21,531 bases of DNA from an uncultured archaeon (lineage in GTDB: Archaea; Asgardarchaeota; Thorarchaeia; Thorarchaeales; Thorarchaeaceae). The stretch spans positions 1-21,531 of the forward strand of contig CAZPWM010000050.1 of assembly GCA_964590575.1 (NCBI GenBank), read 5' to 3'. Below are positions 8,914-16,166 of the stretch, piece by piece. The first letter of the stretch is position 1; every line of letters begins with the position of its first letter. Both the position numbers and the translations under genes were made by a program. The notes below the pieces were generated by a model. The model saw only the letters and a list, made by a program, of their open reading frames with translations. It did not search any database and had not been told where the DNA came from.

Positions 8914-9456
8914 TCACTCACCACCAGCCACAAGCTTGCCGGTCCGGGTTTCCTTCAGTATGTCTTTCACTTCATCAACTGATAGACCAGGTACCTCTGG
9001 CTCAAGACCCATATCTTCGCGCTCCCAATCTGCTGTCACTGTATAGAGTTGACCTTTCTCAAGCAATTCTTTACCCAAACCAACAACATTTGATGGGACC
9101 TTACCCTCTTCAGCAGCTAGATTCTTACATTCAAAGAAAATGTCAGTGACTCGAACTTTCTGAGGGCAACGTTCTTGACACTGGAAACATGTCAGACAAA
9201 GCCAAATCTCATCAGATGAGAGAACCTCATCACGCATTCCTAAAAGTATCATCCGAATCAACTGGTGTGGTTTATACGTCCAGACATTCGCAATGGGACA
9301 TGCTGCTGTACAAGTTGAACAGGCAAAACAAGCAGAGAGTTCTTCACCGTTCGGCATACTGTGAATCTCTTCACGAAACTTCTTATCAAGTTTTGACATT
9401 TCAATAGGATCAATCAGTGTAGCTGGGGGTCCAGTCGATTCTTCAGTTTCAGCCAT
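8914..9456 (-). CDS. hdrC: Heterodisulfide reductase subunit C
   Basis: CFACSTCTAACP and IWLCLTCFQCQERCP, PHQLIRMILLG; adjacent to hdrB. Confidence 0.95.
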   Translation of the reverse strand: MAETEESTGPPATLIDPIEMSKLDKKFREEIHSMPNGEELSACFACSTCTAACPIANVWTYKPHQLIRMILLGMRDEVLSSDEIWLCLTCFQCQERCPQKVRVTDIFFECKNLAAEEGKVPSNVVGLGKELLEKGQLYTVTADWEREDMGLEPEVPGLSVDEVKDILKETRTGKLVAGGE

Positions 9457-9480
9457 GGATACGCACCATATGTATGTATA

Positions 9481-9531
9481 GGCTTATCGCCAGTTGGCTG
9501 AGCGATTTGGTAGCCCATATTAAAAGTTTGC
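9481..9531 (-). promoter_or_regulatory. Putative hdr operon promoter (BRE-TATA) with downstream inverted repeat
   Basis: Minus strand reads GCAAAC-TTTTAATA (TATA 9518-9525); imperfect inverted repeat at 9481-9515. Confidence 0.5.
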
Positions 9532-9560
9532 AGAGAAGACAAAAATTGAGTTCATAATTA

Positions 9561-9767
9561 TTAATTCGAAAATCCCTTCAGATATATCAGACGAAGAAGG
9601 CCGAGTGTACCAAGTACAATTACGAATACGTATAGGATGGGTACAAGAACTCCCCAAGGGGTTGGAGGATACATTATTCCACCTACTATAGCAAGCGCAA
9701 CGCAAACCAGACCTGTTAGATAAAAGAGCCATTTTCGGTGTAATGACATGATTTTAACAGTGTTCAA
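9561..9767 (-). CDS. Small membrane protein, two predicted TM helices
   Basis: Hydrophobic stretches WLFYLTGLVCVALAIVGGIMY and WGVLVPILYVFVIVLGTLGLL; fills the gap on the operon strand. Confidence 0.65.
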   Translation of the reverse strand: MNTVKIMSLHRKWLFYLTGLVCVALAIVGGIMYPPTPWGVLVPILYVFVIVLGTLGLLRLIYLKGFSN

Positions 9768-9789
9768 GGGGCTCTTAGGATTTTCTATA

Positions 9790-10077
9790 TTAGGGGGCTT
9801 GGATCAGACTTCGTATTGTTTCAACCTTAGTTCTCAGATGTAAGTATGGATCTATGGAAGTCTGACGTATCTCTGTACTTGTTCTGATTAAGTATGCCTT
9901 AAGATCCATCACATTGCCTTTCATTTTCGTGAGGGTTGGACTGCTCTCATCTAGCAATCGTAGAGTGTTAGTGAGTGCAACCTGAAATTTGTCATGCTCT
10001 AGACCAATTCTATTACGAGTTTCATCAATGAAATCAATAAGAGACGTGATTTCAGAAACTATAACATCTTTCTTCAT
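9790..10077 (-). CDS. Hypothetical helical protein, coupled to GINS
   Basis: 95 aa, amphipathic helices; ATGA overlap with the GINS stop (10074-10077). Confidence 0.75.
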   Translation of the reverse strand: MKKDVIVSEITSLIDFIDETRNRIGLEHDKFQVALTNTLRLLDESSPTLTKMKGNVMDLKAYLIRTSTEIRQTSIDPYLHLRTKVETIRSLIQAP

Positions 10078-10721
10078 TCAGAGAATCCCTCCTCTGCAAC
10101 GATGCGGATGACTGTACCATCACGTAACCATGTCTTCGCATTAGCTGTAGGAATCATAGCAATATCCTCTTTCTTGAACGGACCATAAGTCTTCTCATCA
10201 AGACCTAAGAAAGCATCACTGATCGAGCGTAGGAATCGCACAGTTACGTACTCGACAGTTTCAGAAGCAGATGGAGTCTTGAATTTTTTCCCATGTTCAC
10301 TAGTCTTCTTTTTCTTCTTTGGTTTAGAGCCAGCTAAGGAATCCTTGACAAACTCGGTATGACCATCAAAAGCACGTTGAACTCTGTTGTATAGTTCTTC
10401 CTCTGCGAGTATCATATCGCCTCTTGGTCGGTGCCCTGAGAGCGCAGCCTTCAATATCTTCTGTTTTCGGAGATTCAATAAATCTTCAATCATGAATTCA
10501 AGGTTGAGAGCTTCTTGTGTCAGTATATCAGCTTGAATCCGCTTTTCGGCATCAGTAGATGCCAAAGATAGACGCACACTGGAAAGGTAATCGATCATTT
10601 TGCTTAGTTGAAGGTCGCCCAAATTTTGAAGACTCTCATTCTCTATTTCAGTTTCCCAAGTAGATTTGATATCGTTATATCCCAAATCACTCAATGATAG
10701 CAACTCCCTTGCATAATACAA
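10074..10721 (-). CDS. gins15: GINS subunit, Gins15/Gins51 type
   Basis: Helical A-domain (LLNLRKQKILKAA, EEELY) then B-domain VRFLRSISDAFLGLDEKTYGPFKKEDIAMIPTANA; directly downstream of priS. The true start may be the TTG at 10694. Confidence 0.88.
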   Translation of the reverse strand: MYYARELLSLSDLGYNDIKSTWETEIENESLQNLGDLQLSKMIDYLSSVRLSLASTDAEKRIQADILTQEALNLEFMIEDLLNLRKQKILKAALSGHRPRGDMILAEEELYNRVQRAFDGHTEFVKDSLAGSKPKKKKKTSEHGKKFKTPSASETVEYVTVRFLRSISDAFLGLDEKTYGPFKKEDIAMIPTANAKTWLRDGTVIRIVAEEGFSE

Positions 10722-12093
10722 AAGCCGCAGCAGCTGTTGGCATCTCTACAGACTCCCCATGATAAGGCCCATATGTTTCATCTCCGATTCTAAAGCGAGG
10801 AACTCCAGGAGATTTGTATAGGAACTTGACCTTCATTTGTCCATCATTGAAAGCAATGGCATCTCGAAAAGGATCAAAGTCATCAAGCTCATCTCTGGAC
10901 AGCTGGTTGACTAAGAATCCAGTCTTGCCATTCAAGCTTCCGATTAGACGAATGACTCTGTGAATGTCGTGGGTCACAGGGCGGTCTATCTCACCACCGT
11001 AAAACTCTGCAGCTTTCTCTGCGATCTCCTGCCATGACTTCAGTCCAATGTCCTTAGCCTCTTTGTTCAAAATGGGAGGGTTCCGGAGAAGTCCTTCTAT
11101 TGCTGCTACCTTTCCCTTTCTTAGCGGTTTGACCCATCTCTCTGTACCATCGTATGAATCTATATTCTGTACAAACTCGATGATTGCATCAGCCATTTTA
11201 CCAGACCAGCCTGGAAAGACACGGTCTGGAACTCGATTCACATTACCCTGAGTGACTATTACTTTCTCAGTGTTGAGACCAAGACCCATGATATAGTGCA
11301 CAATCTGAATGCGACCACTTGAGTCAAGTGAGTAGACTCGTGGGTCTCGAACACGAATATGATACCCTCTATGACCACTATAGTTGAGCTGAATAGATTC
11401 AGGATCAAACCCAAAATCATTCATAATGAATTCATCATAGAGCTTCACAGTATGCTTCTTTGCTTCAGCTAAACATTTCTCACATACCCATTTCCTTGTA
11501 CTGAAGCTCGTTCCACTACAATCTGGACAGTTTTCGGGGGGGAGACCTACTCCTGTTTTATGACATCCCTCAACATTACAACGCCATGCATCATGCTCCT
11601 TAGCACAAGGTAAATCCAAATGATCAGCATCAATATCAAAAACAAGTTCAGCCCCGAACCATTCCTTCTCATCCATATGGCGAGCGACTGGGATTTTGTA
11701 AAATGCAGCTGAGTGATAGATACTGTGCGGTGCAATAGATACTAAATCTTGTACCAGTTCGTCACGATTCAGGTATCCAACATGTCTCCTCCAAGTTGTC
11801 GTCTGGATATCACTAGATCCACATTTTGGACACTCTTTGAGGTTTGAGAAGGATTTTCCCGATTGGCCACATCCGGTTGTTGTTTCACGACCAGATTCGT
11901 CACGGCCCTTTCTCTTAGGACAATACCAATTATAGTCCCAGCTTTGGATACCGAATTCACGTGTGTGAACCTTTTCAGGAATGTCAATGGAATCGGGATT
12001 TGATTTGTAAAATTCATGGAACATAAATCGCAGTTTCAAAACCGTGCTTGTGAAACCTTGATTCTGATTCGACATATAGTGGAACTCCATCAA
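10687..12093 (-). CDS. priS: DNA primase small (catalytic) subunit with extra Zn-ribbon
   Basis: REFG, ELVFDIDAD (DxD), YSGHRGYHIRV, IDRPVTHDIHRVIRLIGSLNGKTG. Confidence 0.96.
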   Translation of the reverse strand: MMEFHYMSNQNQGFTSTVLKLRFMFHEFYKSNPDSIDIPEKVHTREFGIQSWDYNWYCPKRKGRDESGRETTTGCGQSGKSFSNLKECPKCGSSDIQTTTWRRHVGYLNRDELVQDLVSIAPHSIYHSAAFYKIPVARHMDEKEWFGAELVFDIDADHLDLPCAKEHDAWRCNVEGCHKTGVGLPPENCPDCSGTSFSTRKWVCEKCLAEAKKHTVKLYDEFIMNDFGFDPESIQLNYSGHRGYHIRVRDPRVYSLDSSGRIQIVHYIMGLGLNTEKVIVTQGNVNRVPDRVFPGWSGKMADAIIEFVQNIDSYDGTERWVKPLRKGKVAAIEGLLRNPPILNKEAKDIGLKSWQEIAEKAAEFYGGEIDRPVTHDIHRVIRLIGSLNGKTGFLVNQLSRDELDDFDPFRDAIAFNDGQMKVKFLYKSPGVPRFRIGDETYGPYHGESVEMPTAAAAFVLCKGVAIIE

Positions 12094-12127
12094 TTGGCAC
12101 CGATGTGTTCGGGACCTCTTGTCTTTT

Positions 12128-12883
12128 TTACCTACGTTCTACTCGTGGTGCAAGAACGAAGCTTATACTTCCAGCTTCTGCTATTCCGAATTCTAACATC
12201 ATTGGTTTATTGGAAGTGAATTGAAGCATTAGGCTGTCACTGGCAATCGCTTTTGATATTTCTGTAAGATAATTCAGGGCGTACATCGATGCCGATTTGC
12301 CTGATACTTCCAGTTGAAAAAGTGCTGGCGCGTCACCTTTGGTAGTCAGCGCAACATTGGCTTCACCAGTATCACCCTCACCAGCGAAAGCGAGCTGTCC
12401 TTGCTCTGCACTGATCTTTACATGACTAGAAACAACTCCAATATCTTTGATTGCCTGTTTGAAAGTATCAGATAGTAGTTCAGCCTTTACATCGAATTGA
12501 ATTCCGGGTTTCTTTGTCTGATCATCTGGCGGTGTTAATAGTTGCAGTTTGAACACTCGATTTGCCTGTCCAATCATTCGAATCTCAAAACGGTTTTCAG
12601 ACTCATCAAGATTGAACTCGAGATGCTCATCCCCTGTCATCCGTTTGCTCACCTTAGCGAGCTCATCGATACCCAAACAGATGTCATGTTCACCCTTGCA
12701 TGAATACTCCTGGAAAATTCCAGAAGGAAGGGTCAAATCAACCATTGCAGCCTTTGATGAGTCGAGCTGACGTAGCGATATTCCAGATTCAGATACCCGG
12801 AAATGTGCTTCTGTGAGCAGTGTTGCAAGAGCGTCTACAATCTGCTTCCATGTCTTGGTACTATCAAGAGTCGCGTGAAACAT
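12128..12883 (-). CDS. pcn: PCNA sliding clamp, paralogue B
   Basis: 251 aa; LDSSKAAMVDL, FQEYSC, MYALNYL, C-terminal FVLAPR. Confidence 0.97.
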   Translation of the reverse strand: MFHATLDSTKTWKQIVDALATLLTEAHFRVSESGISLRQLDSSKAAMVDLTLPSGIFQEYSCKGEHDICLGIDELAKVSKRMTGDEHLEFNLDESENRFEIRMIGQANRVFKLQLLTPPDDQTKKPGIQFDVKAELLSDTFKQAIKDIGVVSSHVKISAEQGQLAFAGEGDTGEANVALTTKGDAPALFQLEVSGKSASMYALNYLTEISKAIASDSLMLQFTSNKPMMLEFGIAEAGSISFVLAPRVERR

Positions 12884-13071
12884 ACCGTTATCTCCAACCG
12901 TCTATTGAAGCGCAAACTGAGTATTATTAGTCTGAACAACGGATTATCATTCAAATATTCAGTTCTTGCTCTTTGTTTGTGAACTAGATTCTCAAAATGA
13001 ATTTCACATTTAAAGAGTTACTCTCGGTTGATTTTGTATTCTTTTTATAGGTAAGATGGATGTGCTTGTTG

Positions 13072-13824
13072 TTATCTTCTCTCTATTCTTGGAGCCAGAA
13101 GGAAACTGATTTTTCCACCTTCCGCAATTGGAAACTCAAGCATCATAGGTTTATTCCCGGTCATTCTGAGTGTCAGGATATCACTTGAGATTGCCTTGGC
13201 AATTTCTGTAAGATAGCTAAGGGCATACATTGTGACAACGTCCTGTTTCACCTCTAAAACATGAAGAAGAGAGTCGTCTCCAAGTTTCAAAGAAACCTCG
13301 GCTTCACCAACATCACCCTCTCCTCCAAAACTTAGCGATTCCTTTGTAGCTTTAATTTTCATATGATTTGAAACAACGCCAATATCCTTTACGACTTGTT
13401 TGAATGAGTCAGAAAACATTTCAGCCCTAATTTCAAATGTTGGACTTATCTTCTGGGTCCTTTCTTCTGGCGGAGTAAGTAAATGAATTTTGAATGTCCG
13501 TTCAGCTTGACCTATCATCTTAATTTCAAAACGATTTTGAGATTTGTCAAGATCAAATTCTAATTTATCATCACCAGCCATACGTTTACTCACTTTTCCG
13601 AGCTCGTCTAATCCTAGGCATATCTCATGTTCGCCTTTGCAGTTGTATTCTTGGAAAATATCTGAAGGAAGAAAGAGGTCGACCATAGCTGCTCTGGATG
13701 AGTCATATTGAATCAGTGAGATGCCATCCTTTGTGATTAGGAAATGCGCTTCTGTGAGCAGTGTTGCCAGAGCATCAACTATTTGTTTCCATGTCTTGCT
13801 ATTGTCAAGAGTTGCATGAAACAT
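13072..13824 (-). CDS. pcn: PCNA sliding clamp, paralogue A
   Basis: 250 aa; DSSRAAMVDL, FQEYNC, MYALSYL, C-terminal FLLAPR. Confidence 0.97.
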   Translation of the reverse strand: MFHATLDNSKTWKQIVDALATLLTEAHFLITKDGISLIQYDSSRAAMVDLFLPSDIFQEYNCKGEHEICLGLDELGKVSKRMAGDDKLEFDLDKSQNRFEIKMIGQAERTFKIHLLTPPEERTQKISPTFEIRAEMFSDSFKQVVKDIGVVSNHMKIKATKESLSFGGEGDVGEAEVSLKLGDDSLLHVLEVKQDVVTMYALSYLTEIAKAISSDILTLRMTGNKPMMLEFPIAEGGKISFLLAPRIERR

Positions 13825-13837
13825 GATAATTCATTCC

Positions 13838-14212
13838 TCACTCACTCATTGTTTTAGTTACTTTTCCCTCCATATCTTGGACTTCCTTAAAGAGTGCAAC
13901 ATCCAAAGTATCGATATCATGAGCAATTGACGCATTCAATCTTAGCTCTTTTCCATCATCGACAATCTTCTCAGTGACTTCCCCGATGAATAGGTATCGT
14001 TTTTTCAGCTCGAGTGAAGCTTCAACAATGACTTGAATCTTACCTGCTTTTTTAACATCATCATCGTATATGTCTTGGATAACCGCAAGTCCTGGACTTG
14101 CGTCTACAACAATTCCCATTATTCTAACAGGACCACTTGTATCTGCAGAGAGGTTTCGTATTGTGGTGAGTTTTGATGGTTTTCGAGGGGTGAATCTTTT
14201 CTCTTCGGTCAA
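13838..14212 (-). CDS. Small OB-fold protein, RPA3/RPA14-like
   Basis: TTG start after GGTG; VRIMGIVVD..IQD..IGEV..ASIAHDIDTLDVALFKEV resembles archaeal RPA14 with a C-terminal trimerisation helix. Confidence 0.7.
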   Translation of the reverse strand: MTEEKRFTPRKPSKLTTIRNLSADTSGPVRIMGIVVDASPGLAVIQDIYDDDVKKAGKIQVIVEASLELKKRYLFIGEVTEKIVDDGKELRLNASIAHDIDTLDVALFKEVQDMEGKVTKTMSE

Positions 14213-14250
14213 TTTGTTACACCATTCAGTCTATAGGAGGAATTTAACAA

Positions 14251-14289
14251 TAGGTCACCTAGGGAGCAGTATCTAGACGGCTATAAATT
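14251..14289 (-). promoter_or_regulatory. Putative internal promoter for rpa3-pcna
   Basis: TTTATA at 14282-14287 (minus); short palindrome TAGGT-C-ACCTA at 14251-14261 near the expected transcription start. Confidence 0.4.
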
Positions 14290-14298
14290 TGTCAGTGC

Positions 14299-14622
14299 CT
14301 AGTACCTACGCCAAGTATGCTTACAAGATGTACATCTATAGAACTCTGTTGCACCTTCATCCCCTCTTCTTGTCTGGACTGTCCAATAATAGGCATCATT
14401 GTTACCGCATTTGGGGCATGTTTCCTTAGTTATGGGCATAGGAATGGAATCATCCTCTACAACGATTATCTTATCACGTGGTGTTTTCTCTATGTTTTGA
14501 GATACTGTCAATCTTCCTTTGATTTCTTTAGTGTGCCCACAGCTTCGACATTTCAGGACTCTAGTACCATCATCTTCTGTGGTTGGAACCATCATTGCGC
14601 TACATTTGTCACAGAATTCCAT
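14299..14622 (-). CDS. tfs: Transcription factor S (TFS/RpoM family)
   Basis: MEFCDKC..CRSC and CPKC..QTRRGDEGATEFYRCTSC with the acidic DE hairpin. Start reassigned from 14694 to the ATG at 14622. Confidence 0.95.
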   Translation of the reverse strand: MEFCDKCSAMMVPTTEDDGTRVLKCRSCGHTKEIKGRLTVSQNIEKTPRDKIIVVEDDSIPMPITKETCPKCGNNDAYYWTVQTRRGDEGATEFYRCTSCKHTWRRY

Positions 14623-14690
14623 GCGATGTTCACTTATCCGCTGCAGCGTTAAAATTTCAATTAAGCATTGCGACAACGAACATTTCTGAA

Positions 14691-15101
14691 TCAAGGCAAA
14701 GAACCAATATGTTGTTCTAGAAAGTGTTGGAATGCTTGTGCTGCGATTTCACCTTCTTTTTTCCTGTTGGTCTTAGTGTCTATGTGAAGTGTTTGAGCGA
14801 GAGCATCGACAGCGCTTTGGACTGTGATTTTACCTGTCATCCACAAATAAGCTATAATTGCTTCATAGGCATCTGCAGCCTTTCCAACATCTGTTCTACG
14901 TGATATATGTCTGTAGACCTCTGTTGCACGAATTGCTTGAGCTAGCACACTGTCTCGAACTTTTTCACCAGTGGCATAACCAAGCACTCTAGATTTAGTC
15001 AAAGAATAACAGAGATTGATGATGCCATCACCCACTTTTGCGAGCCCTTTATCATTCATGATTTCTTCAACGGATTCATGCTGAACAAAGGCTTCCCACA
15101 T
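14691..15101 (-). CDS. Archaeal RNase III-like protein
   Basis: DKGLAKVGDGIINLCYSL and ADAYEAIIAYLW match the archaeal RNase III-like family. The ATG at 15101 follows GGTGG; the track start at 15203 overlaps rpoL. Confidence 0.8.
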   Translation of the reverse strand: MWEAFVQHESVEEIMNDKGLAKVGDGIINLCYSLTKSRVLGYATGEKVRDSVLAQAIRATEVYRHISRRTDVGKAADAYEAIIAYLWMTGKITVQSAVDALAQTLHIDTKTNRKKEGEIAAQAFQHFLEQHIGSLP

Positions 15102-15126
15102 ATGAAAGGCCACCGTTTGATAGTGT

Positions 15127-15417
15127 TCAATCAACACTATGATCTGATACTGCTTGTTTGAATTTCTTACGGAACTCTTCAGTTCTAGCAAGCATCTTCT
15201 CAAGAGCTTCTCTTAGAACAACATTAGACTGACGTTTCTTTGTCTTTAGTGTTAGAATTGGGCTAGCTAGTAGTGGGTGTTCAATGTTGTATCCAGCAAA
15301 CTCCACTGAAGGCTCTTCCAAGAGTGTCTTACGAAGCAAGTTTGGGAATGAATGTCCTTCCCCACCAATCTCAAATTTAATTTCAAATTTAGTATGTTCA
15401 ATAGTTCTTGGCTTCAT
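15127..15417 (-). CDS. rpoL: RNA polymerase subunit Rpo11 (L)
   Basis: GEGHSFPNLLRKTL..VEFAGYNIEHPL. Confidence 0.96.
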   Translation of the reverse strand: MKPRTIEHTKFEIKFEIGGEGHSFPNLLRKTLLEEPSVEFAGYNIEHPLLASPILTLKTKKRQSNVVLREALEKMLARTEEFRKKFKQAVSDHSVD

Positions 15418-15419
15418 GT

Positions 15420-16166
15420 TTAGCGTCTCCTATCGTTTCTACGGCGATCATCGCCTCTTCCACGGGGACCATCGAAGCGTCTACCACTGCGGTCTCCACG
15501 GTCATCACGGTCGTACTCTCGGCGTTCATATTGTCGTCGGCGGGGTGCCAAATCGGGTCTTGCTTCAAGACCAAATCTCAGTCCATAGTCATTAGCGACT
15601 TCGCGAGTTTCTCGATTCTCACATCGAAGACAGAACATGTTGTTGTGTGTAGTGAGCGTCAGGGGATTGCCACATTTTGTACATACCCCAAACACAACGC
15701 CAAGTTCAGGACCCACAAGGGTTAGTTTTACAGGAAAATCATGTGTGTTAAGAGCTGCGGCACGAACGATATCATTTTGTTTGAGTACATCTTGCATACT
15801 TTTCACATATCTCCGTGTTACATTACTTATGTGCAATTCACCTACAAGACCACTGTAATAATCCTCTTCGTTAATCCTCGCAATTCGAACTTCAGCACGC
15901 TGATCAAATACAATAGTAACTTTTCCCATGAGGATATCACCTTGTACCGGAAGGGCTAGTTTCATTTCGCCATCAGGACTGATCACTCTGATGCTGCGTT
16001 CTTTTAGGTTCATATCAACTTGCCCAGGAGAAGCGGCATAAACAATACCATCCTTCTCATACGTACCAAAACTTGGCATCAACTCTTCGATGACACACAG
16101 TTGATCTCCAGGCACTACGATATCGCCGCTCTTTACATCTGCCATTCTATTCACGCTCTTCGACAC
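15420..16166 (-). CDS. csl4: Exosome RNA-binding cap subunit Csl4 with Arg/Asp/Gly-rich tail
   Basis: VVPGDQL, S1 domain (GELHISNV, DIVRA), LGVVFGVCTKC..CLRCENRETREVA; upstream of rpoL. Likely start is the ATG at 16145. Confidence 0.95.
   Translation of the reverse strand: MSKSVNRMADVKSGDIVVPGDQLCVIEELMPSFGTYEKDGIVYAASPGQVDMNLKERSIRVISPDGEMKLALPVQGDILMGKVTIVFDQRAEVRIARINEEDYYSGLVGELHISNVTRRYVKSMQDVLKQNDIVRAAALNTHDFPVKLTLVGPELGVVFGVCTKCGNPLTLTTHNNMFCLRCENRETREVANDYGLRFGLEARPDLAPRRRQYERREYDRDDRGDRSGRRFDGPRGRGDDRRRNDRRR

Noticed and set aside
4603-9456. Selenocysteine (UGA) recoding in HdrA/MvhD
   Set aside because: The ORFs are uninterrupted and the usual Sec positions are Cys (DCFYC, CEEC, ACEKDRC); no convincing SECIS was seen.
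9520-9732. Alternative-frame 70-aa ORF
   Set aside because: Overlaps the more plausible 2-TM ORF and runs into the putative hdr promoter.
12801-13824. DNA direct repeat (about 12801-12883 vs 13742-13824) as a mobile-element end or assembly duplication
   Set aside because: Explained by the paralogous PCNA 5' ends; differences are mostly synonymous.
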